A DNA stretch of 64,000 nucleotides from IMG/VR virus record IMGVR_UViG_3300042695_000382, positions 922-64,921 of that record. One strand, 5' to 3'. A program made the position numbers and the translations under genes. Positions 17,665 to 27,419 of the stretch are shown here, piece by piece (the stretch's first letter is position 1; each line of letters opens with the position of its first letter). This DNA is from a virus (taxonomy: Duplodnaviria; Caudoviricetes). The notes under the pieces were generated by a model. The model made no database searches, was not told where the DNA came from, and was given only the letters and a program-made list of their open reading frames with translations.

Positions 17665-17688
17665 GATATACGTAATTGTATAAACTAT
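17665..17688 (+). promoter_or_regulatory. Putative late promoter
   Basis: GATATACGTAATTGTATAAA upstream of the first plus-strand gene. Confidence 0.55.
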
Positions 17689-17704
17689 ACCAAACTGGTT
17701 TATT

Positions 17705-17980
17705 ATGGCTTTTAAATTACGATCACAATCTCCTTTATTGAAACAGAAATTATCACCGAAAGCGGCGAAGGCTAAAGCGGTGAGAGATTTGGCATATGCT
17801 AAGACGGATGATAGAACGGCAAAGAAAGCCCATGCGCAAAGAATGCATAGGAAACACCCTAATGGTAAAGGTATGGACTATGATCATGAAGATGGCAGAT
17901 TTGAATCAGTGAAGCAGAATAGAGGTAATGAGGGAGAGGGCACTAAAAAGGAAAGTGGTAAGAACTATAAAATAAAATAA
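17705..17980 (+). CDS. Small basic protein with minimal HNH-like motif
   Basis: DYDHEDG...KQNRG. Confidence 0.65.
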   Translation: MAFKLRSQSPLLKQKLSPKAAKAKAVRDLAYAKTDDRTAKKAHAQRMHRKHPNGKGMDYDHEDGRFESVKQNRGNEGEGTKKESGKNYKIK

Positions 17981-17981
17981 C

Positions 17982-18209
17982 ATGCAAAGAAAAGGTATAG
18001 GCCCTCAGGGATTGGGTGTTAAAGGACACAATGGATATTGGGTTGGTGATGCTTCAACTATTTCGCCGTTTAAAGAAATGATTAGAAGAGCAGATGGATC
18101 TATGTCTGAAAGAGGTTTATGGGATAATATTAGAGATAATAAAGGATCTGGTAAGAAACCAACTAAAGCTATGCTTGAAGAAGCAAAAAAAATTAAAAAG
18201 AAAAAATAA
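17982..18209 (+). CDS. Small basic phage protein
   Basis: RGLWDNIR...GSGKKPTKAML. Confidence 0.7.
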   Translation: MQRKGIGPQGLGVKGHNGYWVGDASTISPFKEMIRRADGSMSERGLWDNIRDNKGSGKKPTKAMLEEAKKIKKKK

Positions 18210-18226
18210 CTAAAAAATAAAAAGAT

Positions 18227-18916
18227 ATGGCAATTATTCCAGCAGACGAGAAAGTCTTTATGGTAGACAAAAGAACTAACACTACATATGGTGGTAGTCA
18301 AGCATTACAAGATATGCAACAATGGTACACAATGCAAGATGTTGCGGATAGTGTGCAACCTTACAAAGTATTTACTGCTTTATTAACGCAGAGTGGTGGG
18401 GATGATCCATATAGTATTGGAGCGGAAAGTCCTATAACGTTAGGTATAACTTATTATATTTCCGATAATAGTAATGATGTTGATTTAACGGTATTTGGGG
18501 CTCCAAATAGCAATATAGGGACCTCATTTATATGTACAACGGCTGGAACATTACCAAACGATCCTGGAGTTCTACTTACGTATAATACCGGAACCCCTGT
18601 TGCAACAGTACTAGAGAACACTATTGGTAATATATGGTTTCAATATATACAAGATGGTAGATATGGAATACATTCTGTTGATTTATTTGATAATCTTAAA
18701 ACATTTATAAACGGAGCAAGACTAAGTAATGACGGTTATGCTACTTTTAATCAATTTATTGACGGATCTGGCACACCAACGAATAGAGGCTATTTTTTTA
18801 GACTTGATCAAGGAAATGAGACTTTCATTGAATTAAATACAATGAAAGATCCAGGCGACTTTCAAAATGACATTATACCATACCCTATATGTATTGAAAT
18901 AAAAGTATACAATTAA
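18227..18916 (+). CDS. Putative virion structural protein
   Basis: YKVFTALLTQSG...PVATVLENTIG...IEIKVYN, beta-rich. Confidence 0.6.
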   Translation: MAIIPADEKVFMVDKRTNTTYGGSQALQDMQQWYTMQDVADSVQPYKVFTALLTQSGGDDPYSIGAESPITLGITYYISDNSNDVDLTVFGAPNSNIGTSFICTTAGTLPNDPGVLLTYNTGTPVATVLENTIGNIWFQYIQDGRYGIHSVDLFDNLKTFINGARLSNDGYATFNQFIDGSGTPTNRGYFFRLDQGNETFIELNTMKDPGDFQNDIIPYPICIEIKVYN

Positions 18917-18917
18917 T

Positions 18918-19010
18918 ATGAAAGCTAAATGTGCATGTGGAAGATGTGCTAGTTGTAAATCACCACTTAAAAAAACTGCTGCTTGGACACGTAAAGAAGG
19001 TAAAGATTAA
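18918..19010 (+). pseudogene. Truncated original N-terminus (30 aa) of the 19509 gene
   Basis: MKAKCACGRCASCKSPLKKTAAWTRKEGKD then stop; shares KTAxWTRKEGK with the 19509 protein. Confidence 0.7.
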
Positions 19011-19528
19011 TGAAGGTTTGTAGCAAATGTAAAGAACACTTAGAATTATCTGATTTTTATACTACGGGCAAAAAAGCTGATGGTTCACCAAAATATCAAT
19101 CCTGGTGCAAAAGCTGTATATCATATAAAATGAAAAGCTATCATAAGAAAACCTGGGGTGATGAAAAATTGCAATTTACTGCGTTTAGGAGAACAAGATC
19201 TGTTAGATCATTCATTACGTACTTAAGAGCTAAAGCAGTCAAAAGGAAAAACGCATGCTTGTCGATTGATGATCTAGAAAAAATATGGAGTAATCAAAAT
19301 GGAAAATGCGCACTTACCGGCTGGGAACTTACTATGATATTAGGAAATGGCAATATACCAACTAATGCATCAATTGATAGGATAGATTCAAATAAAGAAT
19401 ACATTGAGGGGAATGTTCAATTTGTTTGCAGAGCTGCAAATGTATTTAAATCTAATGCAACCAAAGAATTTTTATATAATATGTGTGAAGCAATAATTAA
19501 AAACAAAAATGGAGAAAAAAAAACATAA
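19010..19528 (+). CDS. His-Me/HNH-type endonuclease with Zn finger (probably free-standing homing)
   Basis: CSKC...CKSC; QNGKCALTG...SIDRIDSNKEYIEGNVQFVCRAANVFKS. Confidence 0.8.
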   Translation: MKVCSKCKEHLELSDFYTTGKKADGSPKYQSWCKSCISYKMKSYHKKTWGDEKLQFTAFRRTRSVRSFITYLRAKAVKRKNACLSIDDLEKIWSNQNGKCALTGWELTMILGNGNIPTNASIDRIDSNKEYIEGNVQFVCRAANVFKSNATKEFLYNMCEAIIKNKNGEKKT

Positions 19529-19793
19529 AACAGCCGAGTGGACTCGTAAAGAAGGGAAGTCAGAAACAGGTGGATTAAATGCAAAAGGTGTAGCGAGCTA
19601 TAGAAGAGAAAATCCAGGAAGTAAATTACAAACTGCGGTAACTAAAAAACCATCGGAATTGAAACCAGGCAGTAAAGATGCAAAGCGTAGAAAATCATTT
19701 TGCGCAAGGATGTCTGGTATGCCAGGTCCTTTGAAAAAACCAAATGGTGAACCAACAAGAAAAAAATTAGCACTTGATAAGTGGAACTGCTAA
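19509..19793 (+). CDS. Conserved phage protein (DUF6321-like)
   Basis: WTRKEGK...GGLNAKG...RRKSFCARMSG...LALDKWNC. Confidence 0.7.
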   Translation: MEKKKHKTAEWTRKEGKSETGGLNAKGVASYRRENPGSKLQTAVTKKPSELKPGSKDAKRRKSFCARMSGMPGPLKKPNGEPTRKKLALDKWNC

Positions 19794-19803
19794 ATAGAAA
19801 TTA

Positions 19804-22800
19804 ATGGCAATAATATACAGTTACCAAGAAAATGAAGACTTACTAAATTCCGACATGCTTGTGGGAACGGCTACCACATTACATAATGGTAAAGTCCGTA
19901 AGATAACTAAGAACTTTACTCTTGGACAACTAAAAACTTTTATTAATACAGGAGATTTAATATTAAGTAACGGAGGAACAAGTGGCCCTGCTACATTAAT
20001 AGATAATGTATTAAACATACCAGTTTACCAAGGACAAATAACACTTACAACAACTGGATCTTCAGGAGCAGCTACATTAATAGGTAATACATTAAATATA
20101 CCACAATACGGTGGAACACCTCCAACACCAACTTTAAACCAGGTTTTAACCGCAGGTAACACGTCTATTATAGATGCAAATATAGGTACATTAGGCATTT
20201 GGGACGTTGTTGAAGGTGCTTATGCTAAGATTAGTTCTACTGATAACTTATTTGTTATAAAAGACCCTTTAACAAATACGTTGCTTTCTATGGAGCAGGG
20301 TACTTTATATCTAAATAAAACAAATTCAATTAACGCTAAAATATCAACTGGAAATTTAACGTCAAGTAGAACGTTTTATTTTCCAGATGCTACGGGAACG
20401 ATTGCATTGTTAACCTCATTAAGCTCTGCAGCAACCGGATTAACATATACAAATACAACTGGCGTATTCAGTTTAACATCTGGATATTCCATACCAACAA
20501 CATCATCTCAATCAAATTGGGATACCGCATATACAAATAGAATAACAAGTTTAACAACAACTGGAACGGGTGCTGCTACATTAATAGCAAATGTGCTAAA
20601 TATACCAACCCCACCAACAGCTACGTTTACTTCTTTAACAACAACTGGTTCTTCCGGATCATCCACTTTAACAGCGGGAGTTTTGAATGTGCCTACTTAT
20701 ACTTTAGCAGGCTTAGGTGGTGTACCAACAAGCAGAACGCTTACTATAAACGGAACTGCTTACGATTTAACTACGGATAGATCTTGGAGCGTAGGAACTG
20801 TAACATCGGTTGGCTTATCAATGCCTTCCGCATTTACTGTTTCAAGTAGTCCAGTTACTGGATCAGGAACAATAGCAGTTACAGGTGCAGGAACGGTGTC
20901 GCAATATGTTAGGGGGGATGGAACATTAGCTAATTTTCCAAATTCAACAGGTGGGGGTGCATCGGTTAATTATTACCTTAACGGTAGTATTTCTCAAGGT
21001 ACATTTGGAGGAGATACTTATTATCAAATGAGTAAAACTCCAATACTTGGAGCAGGTACTAATTTTATAAGAACAAATGGTGCAGGTAATGGGTATATTG
21101 CATCATTCCTAACTGACGCAGGAGACCCTTCATTTTTAAATATACCGGGAGGTAATTGGAATTTAGAGCTTTATTTTCAATCAAGTGCATCAGGAGGTAG
21201 CCCACAATTTTATGGCGAAATCTATAAAGTTAGTGCTACAAATGTTTTTACACTTGTTGCAAGTGGTTCAGCAAATCCTGAAGGTATTACAAATGGCACA
21301 ACTGTTGACCAATACTTTACTTCAATTCCTATGCCCCAAACTTCATTACTTATTACGGATAGATTAGCAATTCGTATTTATGTAATTACAGGAGGAAGAA
21401 CTATAACCTTACACACAGAGAATGGAAATCTTTGTGAGGTTCTTACAACATTTACAACAGGTTTAACCGCATTAAATGGATTAACTTCTCAAGTACAATA
21501 TTTTGCAGTTGGAACATCAGGTACAGATTTTAATATATCATCTGCTACTGATACACATACGTTTAATTTACCAACGGCTTCGGCAACTAATAGAGGGGCA
21601 TTAAGTTCTGCTGATTGGAGTGTGTTTAATGGAAAATTTAATTTACCAAGTTTAACAAGTGGCTCAGTATTATTCTCAAATGGGACAACAATAGCTCAAG
21701 ATAATGCTAATTTCTTTTGGGATGATACTAATAATAGATTAGGTATTGGAACATCAAGTCCAACTACATTATTAGATGTTAGAGGTGGATTTAATGTAAG
21801 CGACGGGACAAGCACTGTTAGAATAGTTAATTCTGGGGGAGTTGGATTGATTGGCACGTTAACAACACATCCGCTTGCTATTAGAACGGACAATACAGAA
21901 AGAATGCGTATTACCTCAACAGGAAACGTAGGTATTGGAACAACTACAGTTGGAGAAAGATTAGTAGTAAGTGGAAACGCAGCTATTAGTGGTAGAATGC
22001 ATATTGGCGGAACAACAGCCTTTGGAAGTCCAATTGTTTTAGGAGTTACAGGACAATCTTATTTAAACGGTAACGTTGGAATTGGAACAACTTCGCCAGG
22101 AGCAAGACTTGACGTAAGAGCACAAGGAGCATTATCTACCGATATAGCCTTACGAGTTAGGAATAGCGCGGATAGTGCTGATTTGTTAGTTACTAATGGA
22201 TTGGGGAATGTAGGTATTGGAACAACTAGTCCAACAGTAAGATTAGATGTAAGTGGGTCTGTTAATGTTAGAAGCGCAGCTCCGACTATTACATTTGATA
22301 GAAACAGTAGCTATACTTGGAGATTAGTAAATGGGGATGGAGGTACATACCCAACATCAACTTTTAACGTTGCAAATAACGCAGGAACAAGCGTAGCAAC
22401 TTTCTTAGATAACGGTAACGTAGGTATTGGAACAACTGCTCCAAGTGATAAGTTGGAGATAAAAGATGGAGCTATTAAAATTATAGGTTCAACATCAACA
22501 TTCGATGCATATCTTAAACTTGGTAATTCTAATAATATTAACATATTAGGTACTCATCTATGGCACGATAGTGGAGGAACAGAGATTACAAAATTAGATA
22601 GTGTATGGGATAGTGCATCAAGTGGTGGAATACAATTAAGAGTTAGAACTGCTGGAACACCTATTGTTGGGTTAGCTATAAATTCTAGTGGTAACGTGGG
22701 AATTGGAACAACTGCCCCAGTAGCATCGGCAAAATTACAAGTTGAATCAACAACTCAAGGATTTTTACCTCCGAGAATGACAAATGCACAACGTTTAGCG

Positions 22801-22896
22801 ATAGCATCGCCGGCAGTAGGTTTGATGGTTTATTGCACGGACGTTGTTGAGGGATTATATATAAACAAATCCACAGGTTGGACATACATAGGTTAA
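19804..22896 (+). CDS. Long tail fibre-like protein
   Basis: About 4 TTxGxSGxATLxxNxLNIP repeats and 6 GNVGIGTT-type repeats; C-terminal GFLPPRMT...GLMVYCTD. Confidence 0.8.
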   Translation: MAIIYSYQENEDLLNSDMLVGTATTLHNGKVRKITKNFTLGQLKTFINTGDLILSNGGTSGPATLIDNVLNIPVYQGQITLTTTGSSGAATLIGNTLNIPQYGGTPPTPTLNQVLTAGNTSIIDANIGTLGIWDVVEGAYAKISSTDNLFVIKDPLTNTLLSMEQGTLYLNKTNSINAKISTGNLTSSRTFYFPDATGTIALLTSLSSAATGLTYTNTTGVFSLTSGYSIPTTSSQSNWDTAYTNRITSLTTTGTGAATLIANVLNIPTPPTATFTSLTTTGSSGSSTLTAGVLNVPTYTLAGLGGVPTSRTLTINGTAYDLTTDRSWSVGTVTSVGLSMPSAFTVSSSPVTGSGTIAVTGAGTVSQYVRGDGTLANFPNSTGGGASVNYYLNGSISQGTFGGDTYYQMSKTPILGAGTNFIRTNGAGNGYIASFLTDAGDPSFLNIPGGNWNLELYFQSSASGGSPQFYGEIYKVSATNVFTLVASGSANPEGITNGTTVDQYFTSIPMPQTSLLITDRLAIRIYVITGGRTITLHTENGNLCEVLTTFTTGLTALNGLTSQVQYFAVGTSGTDFNISSATDTHTFNLPTASATNRGALSSADWSVFNGKFNLPSLTSGSVLFSNGTTIAQDNANFFWDDTNNRLGIGTSSPTTLLDVRGGFNVSDGTSTVRIVNSGGVGLIGTLTTHPLAIRTDNTERMRITSTGNVGIGTTTVGERLVVSGNAAISGRMHIGGTTAFGSPIVLGVTGQSYLNGNVGIGTTSPGARLDVRAQGALSTDIALRVRNSADSADLLVTNGLGNVGIGTTSPTVRLDVSGSVNVRSAAPTITFDRNSSYTWRLVNGDGGTYPTSTFNVANNAGTSVATFLDNGNVGIGTTAPSDKLEIKDGAIKIIGSTSTFDAYLKLGNSNNINILGTHLWHDSGGTEITKLDSVWDSASSGGIQLRVRTAGTPIVGLAINSSGNVGIGTTAPVASAKLQVESTTQGFLPPRMTNAQRLAIASPAVGLMVYCTDVVEGLYINKSTGWTYIG

Positions 22897-22916
22897 TAAT
22901 TAATAAATAAATAAAA

Positions 22917-23225
22917 ATGGGATTATTAGTAAGTGCTACGGCAGACAAAAAGATTTTAATTAAGGGAACAGAAATTGAGTTGCCAAGTGTTTATGCAAGA
23001 CTTGAATATTCAGCAAGAGCAAATGGTGTAACCTTAGAAATTGCATCGGCTACATACGATTCATTAGCAACATACGAAGCAGGTGGGAGCACATTATCTA
23101 CAGACGTTCCGCAATCAAATATAGTTGTTGAATTAGTAGAAGGAAAAATGCAGGATTTATCAAGTGCAGAGTTTTATGCTAAAGCAAATTACGAAGAACT
23201 TGGATATGCAGTAGAGGTATTGTAA
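22917..23225 (+). CDS. Hypothetical protein (possible fibre chaperone)
   Basis: Small acidic ORF directly after the fibre gene. Confidence 0.55.
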   Translation: MGLLVSATADKKILIKGTEIELPSVYARLEYSARANGVTLEIASATYDSLATYEAGGSTLSTDVPQSNIVVELVEGKMQDLSSAEFYAKANYEELGYAVEVL

Positions 23226-23257
23226 TAAAAAATAAAAACAATAAATAAAAATAAATT

Positions 23258-24526
23258 ATGGCAATAGTATACAGTTATCCAATCGCTCAAATTGAAGCAA
23301 GCGATTTACTTATTGGTACAAAAACGGTTGAAGTTGGAGAACCAACAAAATCATTTTTAGTATCTGATTTTATAAACTTGCTTGCTACTTCAGGAGCAGC
23401 AGGACCGCAAGGCCCAGAAGGACCAGCAGGTGCAGAAGGACCAGCAGGCGAAACAGGCCCACAAGGAATACAAGGTGCAGCAGGACCAGTAGGACCAACG
23501 GGATTAAATTGGCAAGGATCATGGGTATCTGGAAATTCTTATGTAGCAGATGATGCTGTAGGATATAGCGGAGCTTCTTACTTTTGTATATTAGCTACAT
23601 CTGGAACTACTAATCCATCTGTAGATACTACACACTGGGCATTATTAGCTTCCCAAGGAGCATTAGGACCACAAGGACCAACAGGAGCAACCGGGGTTGC
23701 GGGACCAACAGGACCTCAAGGACCTCAAGGGGTAGCAGGTGCAACAGGAGCTACTGGACCACAAGGGCCTGCGGGATCATTAATACCTTGGTTAGAATAC
23801 AATGCAACTGATTTAACTGTTTGGAATAATGGTAAAGGTAATTTATCTACAAATACAACATTTGGAGAATTTGCTCTTAAATCAACAACTTCAGGTTATC
23901 ATAATACTGCTTTTGGTTTTAATGCCTTAAAAGATAATACAGTAGGTGGACAAAATACCGCAATGGGATTAAATGCGCTAAGTTCAAATATTGGGGGTCA
24001 ATTAAATACAGCGATAGGAACAAATGCACTTGCGTTGAACGAAGAGGGGGATCATTGTGTAGCCATTGGACAAAGCGCCTTAAATTCAAACATTTCCGCT
24101 AATTATAATGTTGGAATTGGTTCTTCCGCTTTAACTGGCACACAAACAGGAGGTTATAATGTTGCTGTAGGAGCGAATGCTTTAGTATCAGTAGAAACTG
24201 GTATTTATAATATTGCTATAGGTGCTAGTAGTGGTTATTATGCTACAAACTCTTCAAGTGGGAATGTATATATTGGTTATAACGCAGGGCCAGGGGTTCC
24301 TACAACGGAAAACAATAAATTATATATATCAAATTTTTATGGAACACCATTAATTGGGGGAGATTTTTCTACTGGATTAGTTGATATAACTAGTGTATTA
24401 AAACTTACTCCTTTAAATAGTTTTCCGTTTATAGGTTCTGAAGAAGAGGGCATGATAGCTGTTGTAGGTACAATTACAAAACACATATATTGTTATTTAA
24501 ACGGAGCTTGGGTACAATTAGACTAA
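23258..24526 (+). CDS. Collagen-like fibre protein with beta-roll repeats
   Basis: Two Gly-X-Y blocks around WQGSW...YFCI module; NTAxGxNALxxN repeats. Confidence 0.8.
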   Translation: MAIVYSYPIAQIEASDLLIGTKTVEVGEPTKSFLVSDFINLLATSGAAGPQGPEGPAGAEGPAGETGPQGIQGAAGPVGPTGLNWQGSWVSGNSYVADDAVGYSGASYFCILATSGTTNPSVDTTHWALLASQGALGPQGPTGATGVAGPTGPQGPQGVAGATGATGPQGPAGSLIPWLEYNATDLTVWNNGKGNLSTNTTFGEFALKSTTSGYHNTAFGFNALKDNTVGGQNTAMGLNALSSNIGGQLNTAIGTNALALNEEGDHCVAIGQSALNSNISANYNVGIGSSALTGTQTGGYNVAVGANALVSVETGIYNIAIGASSGYYATNSSSGNVYIGYNAGPGVPTTENNKLYISNFYGTPLIGGDFSTGLVDITSVLKLTPLNSFPFIGSEEEGMIAVVGTITKHIYCYLNGAWVQLD

Positions 24527-24568
24527 TGAGTAGGAAACAGTTAGATATATTAATAAATTAATAAGATA

Positions 24569-24751
24569 ATGGATCAATGTAGCCTTCGTGTTTACGCTTT
24601 AAACATATTAACCCTAATGATTAGCTTTACAAATTTAGAAGCAATATTAAAGGTTGTACTATTGTTAATATCTATAATATATACCTCAATGAAAATATTT
24701 GATTGGGTATTAAATAAGAAGAAAGGCAAGACAACAGAACAAGAAGAATAA
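24569..24751 (+). CDS. Small membrane protein (holin-like)
   Basis: Hydrophobic segments with charged C-terminal tail. Confidence 0.55.
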   Translation: MDQCSLRVYALNILTLMISFTNLEAILKVVLLLISIIYTSMKIFDWVLNKKKGKTTEQEE

Positions 24752-24805
24752 TGGTGGCAGTTAGTATGATTAAAAAATACTGGATTGTAAATTTAAAAAA
24801 TAAAT

Positions 24806-25189
24806 ATGAGTACTAACTTAGAAGAATTTATACCAAAATTTTTAAAAGGGGGATGGATAGTGGCTTTAATAGGAGCAGCGGGTATGGTGGCAAGATTGGT
24901 TGTATCAGAAGAGGAAACGCCGGTTAATATTGTTATAAAAAATATATCTGCTGCAATGATAGCTTCTAGTATAGCTTGGTTTATAATGGAACAGTTTGAA
25001 ATGAATTCTATGCTAAAAGCTGTTTTATATGGACTAGTTGGATTAAACTCTCCAGAGCTATTAAAGGGAATAACAAAAATATCTGGATCTTTTTCAGATG
25101 ATCCATCTAATTTTATATCAAATGCAAGGCAAGGGAAGATTACACACAAAAATCCTCCTACAAAGCGTAAAACAACAACGAGGAAATAA
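24806..25189 (+). CDS. Multi-TM membrane protein, putative holin
   Basis: About 3 hydrophobic helices and a basic tail, in the lysis cassette. Confidence 0.6.
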   Translation: MSTNLEEFIPKFLKGGWIVALIGAAGMVARLVVSEEETPVNIVIKNISAAMIASSIAWFIMEQFEMNSMLKAVLYGLVGLNSPELLKGITKISGSFSDDPSNFISNARQGKITHKNPPTKRKTTTRK

Positions 25190-25896
25190 TGAATAAGAAT
25201 ATACCAATGATTGCATTAACCGTAATCATGATTAGTGTAGCTATTTATGGTAAATGGGTAAATGACAAGATACATGAAACTTCAGACAGACTTGTTAAGA
25301 ATAATTTAGAACCTCAACCTTGGTTGTCTAAATCTTTTGATTATTATGGAACACCAATTCAATCAAACTTTACAGGAACATTTAAAGTTGAGAAAGTAAA
25401 AGAAAACTTAAAAGATATTAAAAAGTGGAGAGTTACTCGTGATTCAGTTTGGAGCGCGTACTTGAAATGTGAAATGAGCCCCGAAGAACAAAAAATCGTA
25501 GATAGAGTAAATGATCAAATAAAGGACGCAGACGAGTTAATTGATGAACTTATAGATAATGTAGACGATAACAAAAATATTGCAATTACGGGCTCTATAA
25601 TCAGTTCTGGGGAGGTTGATGATCTTATTAATCCAATCATGGACGACACGAACGCTCTTATAGATCTACAAAGTTCGGAAGGAGCTACATTAGTTAAAGA
25701 AATACAAGATCTCTTAAAGACATTCTCTAACTTTATGATAGGTGTATTGGCATTAGCGTTTATTCTTTTAGCTAACGTTGTAATGAAATTTTTAAAAGAT
25801 AAAAAGGAAGCTCAAGTTCCTGTTAAAAAAAGAAAACCTCCGGTAAAGAAAACAACACCGGCAAAAAAACCGATTAAAAAACCAATTAAAAAATAA
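25189..25896 (+). CDS. Two-TM protein with four-helix-bundle (MCP-type) periplasmic sensor-like domain
   Basis: TM1, NNLEP..L, WSAYL...PEEQKIV, LIDLQ, TM2, Lys/Pro-rich tail. Confidence 0.6.
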   Translation: MNKNIPMIALTVIMISVAIYGKWVNDKIHETSDRLVKNNLEPQPWLSKSFDYYGTPIQSNFTGTFKVEKVKENLKDIKKWRVTRDSVWSAYLKCEMSPEEQKIVDRVNDQIKDADELIDELIDNVDDNKNIAITGSIISSGEVDDLINPIMDDTNALIDLQSSEGATLVKEIQDLLKTFSNFMIGVLALAFILLANVVMKFLKDKKEAQVPVKKRKPPVKKTTPAKKPIKKPIKK

Positions 25897-25899
25897 GAT

Positions 25900-26124
25900 A
25901 TGGGATTTTGGAAAGAACTAGTAAGTGATGAGACAAATAGAATTTCATCTAAAAGAGTAGCAGGGCTTTTATGCGTTGTAGCATTAGTAGCAGCTTTAAT
26001 TGCCAACACATTCAGCCATGAATCAATCAAGCCATCAGACATGCTGGTTGAATCAGTAGCTCTATTCGCTTTTGGAGCACTTGGTCTTACATCAATTGAT
26101 AAATTTACTAAAAACAAACAATAA
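25900..26124 (+). CDS. Putative holin (2 TM)
   Basis: SSKRVAGLL plus two hydrophobic helices, directly upstream of the endolysin. Confidence 0.65.
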   Translation: MGFWKELVSDETNRISSKRVAGLLCVVALVAALIANTFSHESIKPSDMLVESVALFAFGALGLTSIDKFTKNKQ

Positions 26125-26585
26125 TGCAACTATCAGAAAATCTATCATTAGCGGAAGTAATGAGATCAGAAACCGCTAAAAGAAAAGGAGTTAGTAATAT
26201 GCCAACTCCAGAACATATTGAAAACTTTAAAAAATTAGCTGAGAATATATTTCAGCCTATTAGAAAGCATTTTGGAAAGCCAATTCATATTTCATCTGGT
26301 TATAGAAGTGCGGCTTTAAATAAAGCAATTGGAGGAGCTTCATCTTCACAGCATTGTACAGGAGAAGCTATTGATATTGACATGGACGGAACGGCTATTG
26401 CAAACGCAGAGATATTCAACTATATTAAAAACAACTTAAGCTTTGATCAATTAATATGGGAGTTTGGTACAGATAAAAACCCTGACTGGGTACATGTGTC
26501 TTACGAATCAACTGGTAAACAACGCAAGCAAATATTAAAAGCTGTTAAGCAAGGAGGAAAAACAAGCTATGTACCATATAAGTAA
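26124..26585 (+). CDS. Endolysin, peptidase M15 family
   Basis: ISSGYRS...SQHCTGEAID...WVHVSY. Confidence 0.9.
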   Translation: MQLSENLSLAEVMRSETAKRKGVSNMPTPEHIENFKKLAENIFQPIRKHFGKPIHISSGYRSAALNKAIGGASSSQHCTGEAIDIDMDGTAIANAEIFNYIKNNLSFDQLIWEFGTDKNPDWVHVSYESTGKQRKQILKAVKQGGKTSYVPYK

Positions 26586-26904
26586 ATTTATAAAACAACA
26601 ATGGTTAGGCTCCATCTTAATATTGTTTTTTGCCTTATTTCTTATTTATGGGATAGAGAAGAAAAACGAGTTGCTCATAGAAAAACAACGTCTTGAAAAA
26701 GAAATTGAAGCGTTAGAGCAAAAAGAGGAATCACACTGGAAAGCACTGGATAGTTTGAAATTTCACAAAGACATTATTATAGAGAAACAAAAAACATTAA
26801 TAAAATTAGAACATGACACAATTAAAGTTATCGATACTATTGCTTTTAGTAAGCTTCAACAGTTTTTCACAGACAGATACTATAAAAAAGATAGTATTAA
26901 ATGA
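26569..26904 (+). CDS. Inner-membrane spanin-like protein
   Basis: N-terminal TM plus coiled coil, after the endolysin. Confidence 0.55.
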   Translation: MYHISKFIKQQWLGSILILFFALFLIYGIEKKNELLIEKQRLEKEIEALEQKEESHWKALDSLKFHKDIIIEKQKTLIKLEHDTIKVIDTIAFSKLQQFFTDRYYKKDSIK

Positions 26905-27280
26905 GAAAACCGCTAGAGAAGTAGTTAAAGATATTGTTAAAGGAGATTTGTGTAAAAAGCATTTAGAATTAAAGGAAGAAGAAATTGACGTGCTTCATCA
27001 GCAAATTGTAGAGCTTACAGAGGTTATTAAAATAAAAGAAGAAATCATCTCTAAAAAAGATGAAATTATAGTTGTGCAAGACAAAGCAATTGGGTGGTGG
27101 AAAAAACCGGAAATACACGGATATGTAGGTATACAAACTATAAACGCAACATTAGTTGATCCATATATATACGGAACATTATTATTAGAATTTCCTAAGT
27201 TTAGTTTAGGTGGACAATACTTTGCGCAGCCAAACAACCCATCAGGATACGGTATTATAGTAGAATATAATTTATTTTAA
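26813..27280 (+). CDS. Secreted coiled-coil protein with C-terminal beta strands (outer spanin analogue)
   Basis: Signal peptide ending SFS/Q, coiled coil, C-terminus GYGIIVEYNLF; overlaps the previous gene. Confidence 0.55.
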   Translation: MTQLKLSILLLLVSFNSFSQTDTIKKIVLNEKTAREVVKDIVKGDLCKKHLELKEEEIDVLHQQIVELTEVIKIKEEIISKKDEIIVVQDKAIGWWKKPEIHGYVGIQTINATLVDPYIYGTLLLEFPKFSLGGQYFAQPNNPSGYGIIVEYNLF

Positions 27281-27281
27281 A

Positions 27282-27419
27282 ATGGCAAAAGTAATTAACA
27301 AAGTAGAAAAGGCATTAGATTCAAAACCAAAAAGACCAGGCATTCACGCTAAAAGTAAAACGTCAAATTCCAAATCCTCAAAACTATATAAAAAAAGTTA
27401 TAGAGGTCAAGGCAGGTAA
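27282..27419 (+). CDS. Small basic protein (45 aa, not in ORF track)
   Basis: MAKVINKVEK...KRPGIHAKSKTS...YKKSYRGQGR. Confidence 0.7.
   Translation: MAKVINKVEKALDSKPKRPGIHAKSKTSNSKSSKLYKKSYRGQGR

Larger units (their letters stand above)
17187..17704. other. Non-coding divergence region between the arms (candidate genome ends/origin)
   Basis: About 500 bp without ORFs at the strand switch, with short repeats and palindromes. Confidence 0.6.

Noticed and set aside
19010-19528. Group I intron encoding the HNH endonuclease
   Set aside because: The ORF abuts or overlaps both flanking genes, leaving no room for a ribozyme core, and the duplicated start makes splicing unnecessary
19804-24526. Diversity-generating retroelement acting on the fibres
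   Set aside because: No reverse transcriptase and no template/variable repeat pair with adenine-specific differences was seen
24526-24561. 11-codon [14 protein letters not shown] coupled to the fibre 2 stop
   Set aside because: Too short to support; it could be a gene remnant, but this cannot be shown from the sequence alone
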